Assembly (NCBI GenBank): GCA_042408245.1
Contig: JAYFMV010000019.1
Span: 67,511 to 89,064, forward strand
From: Potamolinea sp.
Lineage (GTDB): Bacteria > Cyanobacteriota > Cyanobacteriia > Cyanobacteriales > Coleofasciculaceae
Length of the DNA stretch: 21,554 nt
Reading direction: 5' to 3'
A model generated the notes under the pieces. The model was not told where the DNA came from and searched no databases. It saw only the letters and a list, made by a program, of their open reading frames with translations. Numbering within the stretch: position 1 is the stretch's first letter; each line of letters opens with the position of its first letter. Below, one piece after another: positions 1 through 8,114 of this stretch. A program made the position numbers and the translations under genes.

Positions 1-381
1 ATCTGGCAAACTTCTTGATGAAGCTGGTAATAAGTCAGAGTTCGTGTATCACCGTTTTCTCCTTCCCAAATCAGAGCAGCTTTATGTTTTCGCTCGTTAG
101 TGAGATGTCTGTCGAGACAGTTATAAGAAATATTGATTTTTCCGCCCACAAACCACTTAGCGAAGGGTGGTTGCCAGTCTAGTACCGTATCCCACTTCTG
201 AAACCAGTGTAGTTCCTGCTCTGCCAACTGTGCCCAAAAGGCTTGCGGGTCAGCTTTTGCTTCGTCGTAGAGGCCGTTGATACTCCTCTAAGCTTTTGAT
301 GTGAGCATCGCGGGAAAATTCTGCGGAGGGCGGGAATTTGCGTTTTTCTCGCAGAATGGATTCGATAGCTGGTTCTGGCAT
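1..381 (-). pseudogene. acs: acetyl-CoA synthetase, 5' part (runs off the window start), with an apparent +1 frameshift near nt 273
   Basis: The reverse strand translates from the ATG at 381-379 as [36 protein letters not shown] and then hits a stop. One frame over, translation continues as [90 protein letters not shown]. This matches the characteristic Acs N-terminus, including the [10 protein letters not shown] motif. The two halves rejoin if the single base at about plus-strand nt 273 is removed. Confidence 0.6.
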
Positions 382-454
382 CTTTGAGAATGACTTATAA
401 ATTAAGTCTGTCTTAGCTCAGCCATTGATGAGTTGCCAAATTTAGGTATGAAAT

Positions 455-1762
455 TCAAAGTCGGGGTTCTGACATGGGCCAATTACTGGTAGGAGGAAAA
501 GATTGCTCGGTGTGCAAAATCGACGAACCGGGCTCACTAGGTTTGTTGACCCGAAGCGCCAAGCCAAATCCAGCACCTGCAGATGCAGCGATCGCACCAG
601 TCATCAGCAATGCTTGTAGTGGTAGTAAGGCTTTGTTCGTTTTACGTTTTGTAGATGCGGTGTTCTGGGACTTACCCTTAATATTTAGTTTAGTTAATAA
701 CGTATTGACAAAAGCAGTTTTATACGAATCTTTGGATTTTTCCGTCGCTAATTGAGTAGTTTTACCTTTTTTTGTTGTCTGCTTGACTGATATCTGAGCT
801 TTGGTTTTGGCTACTGAAAGCTCTTGAAGAGCAGGAGTATGCTTGACTCTTTCCTTATACCTGGGAAACAGGGATAGCCAAGCTTCTAAAGTTTGGGGAC
901 GTTTGCGAGCCGAGATTTCTAGCCCGCGCGAAATTGCCTGTTTAACAACTAAGCTAATGGATTGTTCTAAGTTTGGCGGAAAAAGTGTCTCTAAGCTATT
1001 TTCTGAGGATTGTTTGCTAACATTTGTAGGCTTCTTTAACTGTATCTCTTGTCCCTGTGCGTTAACGGACTCGCTTACAGCAAGCTTTGCTTGGCGGTGA
1101 CGAACTGGCGCCGGCTCAGGTGCATTTCCTGTTAGCAAACAGTAGAGAGTTGCTGAAGCGGCGTAAATATCTGTAGCCCGTGAGTGCTTCCCGCTAGGAT
1201 AATACTGTTCCAACGGTGCATACCCAGCACACATTAGACTGGCATGAGATTGCCTCACTCCTGCTGTAAACTCACAGGTAATACCAAACTCACATAGCAC
1301 CACAGAGTCAGTGTCTTGACGCAGAATAATGTTTTTGGGTCTGACATTGCGGTGTAGCAAACCAGCGTTATGAAGTACGAGCAAGGCGCTGCCAATTTGA
1401 CGAATATACTTAATTGCTTGATGCTCTGGCAATACCTCAATTTGAATTACTTCAGCCAGACTGTACCCCGGAATATATTCCATCACGATGTAGGGGCGTC
1501 CGCTATCTTCAAAATAGTCTAGTACCTGAACTAGATGCGGATGCTTACAGCAACTCAAGCGTTGTCCCAGATCTAGAAATTGTTGCTTAAAGTGCTCAAA
1601 ACTCGAATGTTGGCACAGATTTTCGCTGAGAGTTTTGATGACGACCGTTTGACCTGACTCGGTATGGGTTGCTTGATATGTGATACCAAACATCCCTTTG
1701 CCCAACTGAGTGTCAAGAACGTAGTTGCCGTTATTTAAGGCTGTTTTCGTCATCAAATTCAT
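455..1762 (-). CDS. Ser/Thr protein kinase-like protein, predicted pseudokinase (HRD changed to HRN, DFG changed to EFG), with a K/T/S-rich linker and a C-terminal transmembrane anchor
   Basis: The N-terminal 270 aa have a Hanks-type kinase fold: glycine loop LGKGMFGITY, VAIK-type lysine in VVIKTL, and an APE-like motif GYAPLE. The catalytic loop reads LHRNVRPKNIIL where HRDLKPEN is expected, and the Mg-binding motif is EFG, not DFG. A low-complexity K/T/S-rich region follows. One hydrophobic helix (ALLPLQALLMTGAIAASAGAGFGLALRV) sits about 30 aa before the C-terminus. Confidence 0.8.
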   Translation of the reverse strand: MNLMTKTALNNGNYVLDTQLGKGMFGITYQATHTESGQTVVIKTLSENLCQHSSFEHFKQQFLDLGQRLSCCKHPHLVQVLDYFEDSGRPYIVMEYIPGYSLAEVIQIEVLPEHQAIKYIRQIGSALLVLHNAGLLHRNVRPKNIILRQDTDSVVLCEFGITCEFTAGVRQSHASLMCAGYAPLEQYYPSGKHSRATDIYAASATLYCLLTGNAPEPAPVRHRQAKLAVSESVNAQGQEIQLKKPTNVSKQSSENSLETLFPPNLEQSISLVVKQAISRGLEISARKRPQTLEAWLSLFPRYKERVKHTPALQELSVAKTKAQISVKQTTKKGKTTQLATEKSKDSYKTAFVNTLLTKLNIKGKSQNTASTKRKTNKALLPLQALLMTGAIAASAGAGFGLALRVNKPSEPGSSILHTEQSFPPTSNWPMSEPRL

Positions 1763-1857
1763 AAAAATTTACTTACCAGTTGCTTGCCTTATGCTACCTC
1801 TTAAGGGTTTCAGGTTAAAAGTTGCCGGTTAAAAATTTCAACCGAATCGTGAGAATC

Positions 1858-1916
1858 CCCTTCCTCCGCGTAGCAGGGAGGGGAGGGAGAGCGGAGCGGC
1901 GGAAGTAGGGAGCCGC
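1858..1916. repeat. GC-rich hairpin cluster immediately 3' of isrB; candidate right-end structure of the element
   Basis: CCTCC gcgtagcag GGAGG and GGCGG aagtagggag CCGCC stem-loops. Poly-purine GGGAGGGGAGGGAG tract. Shares the 11-mer GAAGTAGGGAG with the hairpin at 3255-3281. Confidence 0.4.
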
Positions 1917-1921
1917 CCAAG

Positions 1922-3070
1922 TCAGCAGAATTTGACATAAGAGAGTAGCCTCGTTGAGCACTTAACAAGCTGAACTTTAGATACAGAAAATTGACCAATC
2001 CTGTGCCAGTTGATGTCATAAACAGAAACATTTTTTGTCTTAGCTGAATTGGTATAACCACCAATCCAGCCAGTATAAGACTGCCCCGCCTTTGAGGCGA
2101 TAGCGAAGCGCTGCTGCAAGCAGATCACCTTGTCTCCAGAACGCAACCCAAAAGGTGTAACGGTTCCACCCTTGCGTTTGCGGTGTTCTAGATGAGTGGG
2201 AGAGCCTTTAACTGGATTCTCGAAGTGCAATTGACGACGATACAACTGTGGTCTAGCTATGATGACAAACGGACATTTGGTTATCTCGATTTCCCCTAGC
2301 CAATGACCCCCACGAGCATTGTTACTTATCCAGTTTTGCCACTTAATGAAGTGGCTAGCAGCTAGAGTAAGACCATCGTGCGAGTGTGTTTCAGGAGTGG
2401 GATTAGCTTTATTGGTTTTATCTTTCGCCAACCCCAACCACTGCCGAAGATTGGAAGTTTGCCAACCTAATTGAGTGCTAGTTGGTTTAATTTCAGATAA
2501 CCACTCCACCATGATTTTCTGCCCAACCATTGCAGGTGAAAAGCTTTTACTACCCCGTGCTTCTATCCGCTCATAAATAATCTGAGATATGGGATAGAGC
2601 TTAAGTAGTTCTTTGACTACTCTTAACTCCATCTGTTTGTTCGCTCGGATACTGGGAACAAGCTTTCTTTGTCTGCGGTTGTCGAATCGCTTCTGACGAT
2701 GACAGCGTTGATTGTAGGGGAGTTTGCGATTAATTCTCCGTCCACGTCTGGCTCTTCGTAGTATCCGTCTTGTTGTCATCTTTTTGGTGACAGATTTAAA
2801 CGGTAACTGAAGATGAGCTTTGAATAGAGTTGCTTTTGTACTCTGTAGGCCAATGCCAGTAAAAAGTTTTCCTGGGTCGATACCAAGGGCAATGTCTTGG
2901 GTTTCTCTACCAGATGGCTCAGACAATAAACGGACTCCGTAAACCTCCAAATCATTGCGAACAGCAAGGGCTTTTCCTAATTTGATCCAGCGTCTAGCGC
3001 GACTGCTTTTGGTCGGCATGGCTGGAGTTCCGTCAGGATTTTGAACTGAAACTCTAATTGTGTTTGACAT
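1922..3070 (-). CDS. isrB: IsrB-like RNA-guided nickase homolog (IscB family lacking the HNH insertion), RuvC-like nuclease
   Basis: N-terminal PLMP-type motif (RVSVQNPDGTPAMPTKSSRARRWIKLGKALAV). RuvC-I motif ALGIDPG. Arginine-rich RRXRR bridge helix (RRILRRARRGRRINRKLPYNQRCHRQKRFDNRRQRK). RuvC-II motif around IIYERIEARG. RuvC-III-like HSHDGLTLAASH. There is no Cys/His HNH module between RuvC-II and RuvC-III. Length is about 380 aa. The ORF track extends the gene to a GTG at 3109; the ATG at 3070 (MSNTIRVSV...) is the more likely start. Confidence 0.7.
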   Translation of the reverse strand: MSNTIRVSVQNPDGTPAMPTKSSRARRWIKLGKALAVRNDLEVYGVRLLSEPSGRETQDIALGIDPGKLFTGIGLQSTKATLFKAHLQLPFKSVTKKMTTRRILRRARRGRRINRKLPYNQRCHRQKRFDNRRQRKLVPSIRANKQMELRVVKELLKLYPISQIIYERIEARGSKSFSPAMVGQKIMVEWLSEIKPTSTQLGWQTSNLRQWLGLAKDKTNKANPTPETHSHDGLTLAASHFIKWQNWISNNARGGHWLGEIEITKCPFVIIARPQLYRRQLHFENPVKGSPTHLEHRKRKGGTVTPFGLRSGDKVICLQQRFAIASKAGQSYTGWIGGYTNSAKTKNVSVYDINWHRIGQFSVSKVQLVKCSTRLLSYVKFC

Positions 3071-3300
3071 GGAGATAATCCTGTAAAACAGTTGTATGTT
3101 CCTTCCCACAATTCAGCTAGGATGTCCTTTCTACAAGCACTCTTAAACAAAGAGTTTGAACATAGTCCAATGAGAGGGAAACGAGCGGAAGTTCGTGCCT
3201 AACTAAATCTCATGTGGTAGACAAGAGTTACCCTTGAAAGTTGTTTCTTTCAAGCCCCTCCCTCAACGAAGTAGGGAGGGGTTCTTGACCTCTCAGCCTT
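3071..3300 (-). ncRNA. Candidate omega-RNA of the IsrB element, inferred by position only
   Basis: In IscB/IsrB systems the omega-RNA lies immediately upstream of the nuclease ORF and overlaps its 5' end, with the guide at the far upstream end. This 180-230 nt non-coding stretch carries two consecutive perfect hairpins on the isrB strand: CTTGAAAG-ttgttt-CTTTCAAG at 3233-3254 and CCCCTCCCT-caacgaagt-AGGGAGGGG at 3255-3281. No covariance model could be run. Confidence 0.3.
3233..3281. repeat. Two tandem perfect stem-loops (8 bp and 9 bp stems) at the isrB-proximal end; candidate left-end TnpA-recognition or omega-RNA structure
   Basis: cttgaaag ttgttt ctttcaag at 3233-3254. cccctccct caacgaagt agggagggg at 3255-3281. 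Confidence 0.6.
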
Positions 3301-6115
3301 TGAGTGGATAATTCTCTGCCAGAAAAGCTTCAGCATCAGCTTGATCATCAATCAACCCATCCAGCGTAGCCGCTAACAAAGCATCCAAGATTTGTCTGTA
3401 TTGGGGGCCAGGTTTATAACCCAACTGCTTAAGATCATTACCATTAAGCGGTAATTGAACATCCGTCAAAATACTGAAATATTCCCAAATCTTACGTCTT
3501 ACTGCTCTGGGACTCTTCACTGCGAGCAAAATCAAGGTGGATAACTTGTACTGACGCAGCAAGCGGACAATTTCACTCTTGAGCCCAGAAACTGAGAGAA
3601 ACTCTACCACTGACTCTTGTATTTGAGCTAATTGCTGGAGGCGCTCAATACTGTCCGATGGTAGCTGAAGATTTGTGGCCACCTTAGCACGTTCTTCAGG
3701 AGCGAGATAAGCAATTAATACTTCCAGCCGGATTTGCCAGTGTTCCAGAGTTTGCTCAGGGTCAAACCGTCGCAGCCAACGGTCAACTAAACGTACTTGC
3801 CACCATAGCTTTTCATCTAGCTTAAGAGTGAAATGGAGACAACGCAGCGCTCCCAAAGACGCCAGTAACTGCAAAGCTTTTTCCCAGTAAGGAGCCTGTA
3901 AAATATGTTTAAGTTCGGCTTTGAGTCTGGTTTGTAGTGCTGGTGCTTTAGCATTTGCCTTCATTGAGCGCTCGTAGACTCCACTTTCAAGCGCATAGCG
4001 GATATAAGCTTCGGTTTGAGGTTCAATTTGAAATCCCAAACGTACCGCAAAGCGCACAGCACGATAAATCCGGGTTGGGTCTTCGATAAAACTGTTAGCG
4101 TGGAGTACCCGAATTTGACGCGATCGCAAATCCAACAACCCCCCAAAAAAATCCATCAGAGGAAACGCCCAACCAAGGTCAGAAGTTAGTCGGACAGCCA
4201 AAGCATTAATGGTAAAATCTCGTCGATAAAGGTCTTGACGAATCGAACTGGCTTCAACTTCAGGATTAGCCGCAGGGTAGGGATAAAATTCTGTTCGTGC
4301 GGTGGCAATATCTATCCAGAGAGAGCCAAGAATGGGGTCATTGTGCCACAACAAGGCAGCAGTTTGAAAAGCCCCGTGAACGTCTAGACGGACGTTTGGG
4401 TAAATTTTCTGTAGCGCTTGGGCCAGTATTACTCCAGCACCAGTGTCTGCTGAACGATGAAAGCCATCTACTACCAAGTCAATATCTTTTAGAAAGACGT
4501 TATCAGAGCCTTCAACCAGCAATAAGTCTCTTACGGCTCCTCCTACCAAGTAAAGATGCCAGCCCCGTTCCTTGGCTTCCTGGGCGGCTTTGCTAAGCAA
4601 TTCTTTAAGGGGAGGAACCAAACGCTCCCGAAGATTCCGGATTGCTTCCCTAGAGATTGGAGGGGTGGAATCGGGACTGGGGATAGGACAAGAATCGAAT
4701 TGGGTCTCCTGTTGATGCAGTTGTCGCAACACGTCGGTGCGAGTCACAATTCCGACTAATTGCCCATTCTCTAAAACTGGTAGACGCCCAATATCGTATG
4801 TCACCATCAGCCACTGAAGATCTGGTAGAGGTGTCTGAGGAGTAATTGTTTTTAGATTTTTGGTCATGTAGCCTTTGACCGGCGCATGACCAAAACCGTG
4901 ATGTAGGGCTAAATCAATATCTCGTCGCGAGATAACTCCTACAAGTTGGTCGTTTTCGTCTACTACCGAAAGTCCTGAATGACCATACCGCAGCAATATT
5001 CTCTGTGCTTCGCTAATCGTGGTTTGGGGACGAATTGTGCGTACTGGTGAAGACATGAGTTCCCGTGCGGTTAAAGGTTGGGGAATTTGCTCTTTGAGTT
5101 GGTTAACTAGCTGTTCAAGGATTTGTGTGGGATTAACATCTCGGAGTCTCACTGCTGCTGCTTGGGAATGTCCCCCACCACCTAGGGGTTGCAGTAATTC
5201 GTTTAAATTTGTCCCTTCAATACGCGATCGCCCAATCACTGTCAAAAGTGACCCTGTTACCCTCTGAGAAATATTAGACACATTCTCCCGTGCTCCCCCA
5301 TCTCCCCTATCTCCCCCATCTCTCCCATCTCCCCCATCTCCCCCATCTCCCCCATCTCTCCCATCTCCCCCATACTCAGCGGCCAACAGCAGTGCATCAC
5401 TCTCAGTTAACTCAAGCAGTCGTGTCGCCAAACTGGATAACCCTGGTACGTAGTCATGGGTTTTGAGGATTACCCAGGAAACGGTGTAGCCTAAGTGAGT
5501 TTGTGACTGCAAGTTATGTAAGGCTTCGGTCAAAAGTTTTTGTAAGCGAGGAGACAGTCCAGGGTCAACGTATTCGGAGATTTGCCGCACGTTTGCTCCC
5601 TGTAGCATCAACCAAGCTAAAGCAGCAGCGTCTCTTGGTGTCGTCTGGTCAAAGGTCAGTGAACCTGTATCAACATGAATACCCAAGGCCATCACTGTTG
5701 CTTCTGCGATGGTCAAGGAGATTTCGCTTTGCTGCAACTGCTCAACAATTATGGTAGTTGTCGCTCCTACGGGTTCAATGTGAGTATGTGTAGCGGGAAT
5801 ATCTGTATGAATATCTAGGTGATGGTCGTAGATTTCAATTGAGGTTAACTGAGGTAAGTCTAACCACTGGGCTGCTTTTCCCAGGCGATCGCGCGATGAA
5901 GTATCTACTACAATCAGAGACTGAATCTGTTGGGAATTGACAGAGCGGCGTTCAATCAGCGCATACTCATCTCGATGCAATGCCAAAAAATCTCGAACAG
6001 CAGGATGAGCGCCACCAGTGAGAACTAATTTAGCTCCTGGTTTTAGGCACGTCAGCCCCACCGCTGCTCCCAAGGCGTCAAAGTCAGCCGTTGTATGACA
6101 CAAAATCAGATCCAT
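3293..6115 (-). CDS. Multidomain RNA-end enzyme: NrnA-like DHH/DHHA1 phosphoesterase, two CBS domains, and a class II nucleotidyltransferase (CCA-adding / poly(A) polymerase family)
   Basis: DHH motifs [15 protein letters not shown] and IEIYDHH. DHHA1 motif GGGH ([13 protein letters not shown]). A tandem CBS pair follows ([20 protein letters not shown]...[20 protein letters not shown]). The nucleotidyltransferase head carries [17 protein letters not shown] and [11 protein letters not shown] low-complexity [26 protein letters not shown] segment lies between DHH and DHHA1. Confidence 0.85.
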   Translation of the reverse strand: MDLILCHTTADFDALGAAVGLTCLKPGAKLVLTGGAHPAVRDFLALHRDEYALIERRSVNSQQIQSLIVVDTSSRDRLGKAAQWLDLPQLTSIEIYDHHLDIHTDIPATHTHIEPVGATTTIIVEQLQQSEISLTIAEATVMALGIHVDTGSLTFDQTTPRDAAALAWLMLQGANVRQISEYVDPGLSPRLQKLLTEALHNLQSQTHLGYTVSWVILKTHDYVPGLSSLATRLLELTESDALLLAAEYGGDGRDGGDGGDGGDGRDGGDRGDGGARENVSNISQRVTGSLLTVIGRSRIEGTNLNELLQPLGGGGHSQAAAVRLRDVNPTQILEQLVNQLKEQIPQPLTARELMSSPVRTIRPQTTISEAQRILLRYGHSGLSVVDENDQLVGVISRRDIDLALHHGFGHAPVKGYMTKNLKTITPQTPLPDLQWLMVTYDIGRLPVLENGQLVGIVTRTDVLRQLHQQETQFDSCPIPSPDSTPPISREAIRNLRERLVPPLKELLSKAAQEAKERGWHLYLVGGAVRDLLLVEGSDNVFLKDIDLVVDGFHRSADTGAGVILAQALQKIYPNVRLDVHGAFQTAALLWHNDPILGSLWIDIATARTEFYPYPAANPEVEASSIRQDLYRRDFTINALAVRLTSDLGWAFPLMDFFGGLLDLRSRQIRVLHANSFIEDPTRIYRAVRFAVRLGFQIEPQTEAYIRYALESGVYERSMKANAKAPALQTRLKAELKHILQAPYWEKALQLLASLGALRCLHFTLKLDEKLWWQVRLVDRWLRRFDPEQTLEHWQIRLEVLIAYLAPEERAKVATNLQLPSDSIERLQQLAQIQESVVEFLSVSGLKSEIVRLLRQYKLSTLILLAVKSPRAVRRKIWEYFSILTDVQLPLNGNDLKQLGYKPGPQYRQILDALLAATLDGLIDDQADAEAFLAENYPLKG
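5296..5373. repeat. In-frame tandem repeat of the 9-bp unit CCATCTCCC, about 8.5 copies with point variants, inside the DHH-nucleotidyltransferase gene
   Basis: Direct reading gives ccatctccc ctatctccc ccatctctc ccatctccc ccatctccc ccatctccc ccatctctc ccatctccc. On the coding strand this encodes the (G-G-D/G-R-D)n linker. Because the unit length is a multiple of 3, copy-number changes preserve the reading frame. Confidence 0.9.
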
Positions 6116-6229
6116 CGTTCAAGCTTTGAGTACTTTTACCAACTGTAAGGAATCTGTAAGTCTGCGCTACGCACAGGAAAAAGGTTGTAGGAATACCGCT
6201 TTTCAGGCAGCAGCCTTTAACCATGAAGC

Positions 6230-7684
6230 TCACCCCACCTTTTTAGAGGTGGGGGTGTCTATGCTAAGAAAGGGACTGTTGAGGTTCCACAAATCACAAA
6301 GACAAGCCCAGCTTCTAGGCAAGCGTCCAGAATTTTTACTGGGGCGCTTCTCGTAGTCCTTTCGGCTATCGAGTTTAAGCCAACCTCTCGCGGCGATATT
6401 GTAAGACCCGTTCAGGTCGCAGTTGTAACGCTTCCCGCTAGAGAAAGTAGCTAATGCGTAATTCTTATTGTCGCGTTTCACTTTGCCCGACCCATCATAA
6501 GCAAGCTTTGAGGTATAGGCAGCAATCACGGTGATTGTTTTGCCGCCTAACTCAGCCCATTTACGTTGGGTCAGATCAACGATTAGGCTTTTGAGCCAAC
6601 CATGAAACCGTTGCTTCAGGTTAGATCGTTTCCTGCCTCCCTTTGGCTTCCAGCCTTTGAGATCCTCAAACACAATTGCGTCTGCACGCTCTGTCTGAGC
6701 AATCTGGGTAATGCGTTTAGAAACGGTATGCCCCATCTGTTGATTGATATTGCGACACTTGCGATAGGTGTTTTTGCAGAATCCTAACCCTAGTTTTCCG
6801 CCTTTCCCCATCGTCTTCTTAGCCCGTATCGAAACTGATTTCAGTCGCTTGTCGCGGCGGTCTATGTCTCTTCCAGGATGAATAAATTCACGATGGATTA
6901 CAGTACCGTCACGGCTCACCACTGAAACAGTAGCAGTCGTATTAATTCCTAAATCAACCGCCACAACCACGCCAGCCCCTTTCACCTTCTCAGGGTGGCA
7001 CTCAAAGGGAACCGACAAATGGCAAAATTTGTCGTTCACGATCAGCGAGGGTGATTTGATTTGATTGGTCGAAATCTTATGCCGTTCACGCCACGAAGCG
7101 ATAGGCATGGCGCTCCAAATCCAATCGGTTCCGGTAAACACTTTAATTTCGACTTGCTCGAATCCATGCAGCTTGAAACATTGCCCTTTGTACAGAGCAG
7201 GATAACAACCCGCACTACTATTGAGAATTGGGGGTTTTGCATCTCTACGGTTCCGACTTTGCCCAGACTGCCAATCCCGGTATCGAGTCATGTAGCTACT
7301 CACCTGTCCTGCTGCAAACATGATTGCAGCGCGGCGTAAATAGCTAGGGAACTTGTGAAACGCTCGGTTAATTTGAGGGTATTTCGGATGAGGATTCTTT
7401 GCGGTTCCATGTACCAATCTTTCGACGGCAGGAACGATATTATCACCGCTTAGATTCCCCAAATCAACCCAGTGGGTACAGATCACCGTCACCAAGAACC
7501 GACATAAACGGCGGTATTCCTGCACAGTGTTAAGCAGATATTGTCTCTGCTCACTGCTTGGGGCAATGCGCCACTTGTCGGTTCTGATAGCGCGAGCGGT
7601 AGCGACGTAGGAGCGTCTGGTTTTAGGTGCTGTTTTTTGTCCCATAGTATTTATAGTGTAGCGCATAGAGTAAAACCATGACAA
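6230..7684 (-). CDS. tnpB: TnpB-family RuvC-like protein (IS605 OrfB). The zinc-finger cysteines are absent. The start codon is uncertain: TTG at 7684, or ATG at 7666 or 7645.
   Basis: RuvC-I motif VVAVDLGINTTATV. RuvC-II motif AIVFEDLKG. YTS motif (AAYTSKLAY). RuvC-III motif CDLNGSYNIAARG. Where the two CxxC pairs are expected, the sequence reads LAYDGSG...FSSGKRYNCD. Divergently coupled to tnpA. Confidence 0.7.
   Translation of the reverse strand: MSWFYSMRYTINTMGQKTAPKTRRSYVATARAIRTDKWRIAPSSEQRQYLLNTVQEYRRLCRFLVTVICTHWVDLGNLSGDNIVPAVERLVHGTAKNPHPKYPQINRAFHKFPSYLRRAAIMFAAGQVSSYMTRYRDWQSGQSRNRRDAKPPILNSSAGCYPALYKGQCFKLHGFEQVEIKVFTGTDWIWSAMPIASWRERHKISTNQIKSPSLIVNDKFCHLSVPFECHPEKVKGAGVVVAVDLGINTTATVSVVSRDGTVIHREFIHPGRDIDRRDKRLKSVSIRAKKTMGKGGKLGLGFCKNTYRKCRNINQQMGHTVSKRITQIAQTERADAIVFEDLKGWKPKGGRKRSNLKQRFHGWLKSLIVDLTQRKWAELGGKTITVIAAYTSKLAYDGSGKVKRDNKNYALATFSSGKRYNCDLNGSYNIAARGWLKLDSRKDYEKRPSKNSGRLPRSWACLCDLWNLNSPFLSIDTPTSKKVG
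6231..6257. repeat. Subterminal hairpin at the tnpB-proximal end (right end) of the IS605-type element
   Basis: caCCCCACCT ttttag AGGTGGGGgtg. It overlaps the last codons of tnpB (...TPTSKKVG*) and is the same motif as at 8115-8138. Confidence 0.65.
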
Positions 7685-8097
7685 GAAGCTTAAGAGCTTT
7701 TGCTCACAGCTATTGCAGTATTCAGATTCATATGGTGTTTGTTACAAAGTATCGTCACCCCGTCTTGACTGAGCAGATAGAGTCTGACATCATCCAACTG
7801 TGTCGAGGGATCTGCGAAAAAAACCGTTCTTACCTCGTAGAAGCAAAAGCAGATTTAGAGATGAAAGACCATATCCATTTGTTAATAGACTTTGCGCCTG
7901 ATGTCTCTGTGTCGAAGCTGGCTAACACAATGAAGACCGTTACCAGTCGTGAGATTCGGAAGCGTTTTGCAACTGAACTGAAACCTTATTACTGGAAACC
8001 TGTTTTTTGGAAGCGCGGCTATTGTGCTGTTTCTGGGGGTGGCGCAACGCTTGAGGTTATTAAGTCCTATATCCAATCTCAGGGTAAGGACGACTAG
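7678..8097 (+). CDS. tnpA: IS200/IS605-family Y1 (HUH) transposase TnpA
   Basis: 139 aa. IHMVFVTKYRHPVL. HUH motif HIHLLI. C-terminal catalytic tyrosine context WKRGYCAVSGGG...IKSYIQSQ. The size and motif order match IS200 TnpA. Confidence 0.85.
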   Translation: MTRSLRAFAHSYCSIQIHMVFVTKYRHPVLTEQIESDIIQLCRGICEKNRSYLVEAKADLEMKDHIHLLIDFAPDVSVSKLANTMKTVTSREIRKRFATELKPYYWKPVFWKRGYCAVSGGGATLEVIKSYIQSQGKDD

Positions 8098-8114
8098 ATC
8101 CGGTGTTCGGCTAA

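Larger units (their letters stand above)
1855..3292 (-). mobile_element. Compact tnpA-less IS200/IS605-family (OMEGA) element carrying isrB. Boundaries are approximate.
   Basis: One IsrB-type ORF is bracketed by GC-rich hairpins at 1858-1916 and 3233-3281, which share the word GAAGTAGGGAG. The element lies exactly between the stop of the upstream gene (3293) and the promoter region of the kinase gene. The approximately 1.4 kb size is typical of IsrB-only elements. Confidence 0.45.

Noticed and set aside
474-1440. ORF-track entries 474-755(+), 843-1100(+) and 1255-1440(-) inside the kinase gene
   Set aside because: Embedded in or antisense to a 435-aa ORF with clear kinase homology. They have no recognisable motifs, and all three are low-complexity antisense translations.
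1890-1916. GGCGGAAGTAGGGAGCCGCC resembling, from memory, part of the cyanobacterial glutamine-riboswitch (glnA RNA) core
   Set aside because: Only a short word is reminiscent. The full consensus could not be reconstructed reliably. No flanking P1 partner is evident, and the same word recurs at the other end of the isrB element, which fits an IS-end motif better. A covariance-model scan would be needed to say more.
1810-2064. 84-aa minus-strand ORF overlapping the isrB 3' end and the GC-rich hairpin region
   Set aside because: Overlaps the isrB stop region in another frame, and its N-terminal part is a translation of the GGGAGGG hairpin repeats. No homology.
1922-3109. Possibility that the 395-aa protein is a full IscB with a degenerate HNH
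   Set aside because: The roughly 55 residues between RuvC-II and RuvC-III contain no Cys/His pairs and no HNH-like spacing, and the total length fits IsrB. IscB cannot be excluded without profile alignment, which is why the call is 'IsrB-like'.
5296-5373. Short direct repeats that could be mistaken for a CRISPR array
   Set aside because: Contiguous 9-bp units with no spacers, lying in frame inside a protein-coding gene where they encode a Gly/Asp-rich linker. This is a microsatellite, not repeat-spacer architecture.
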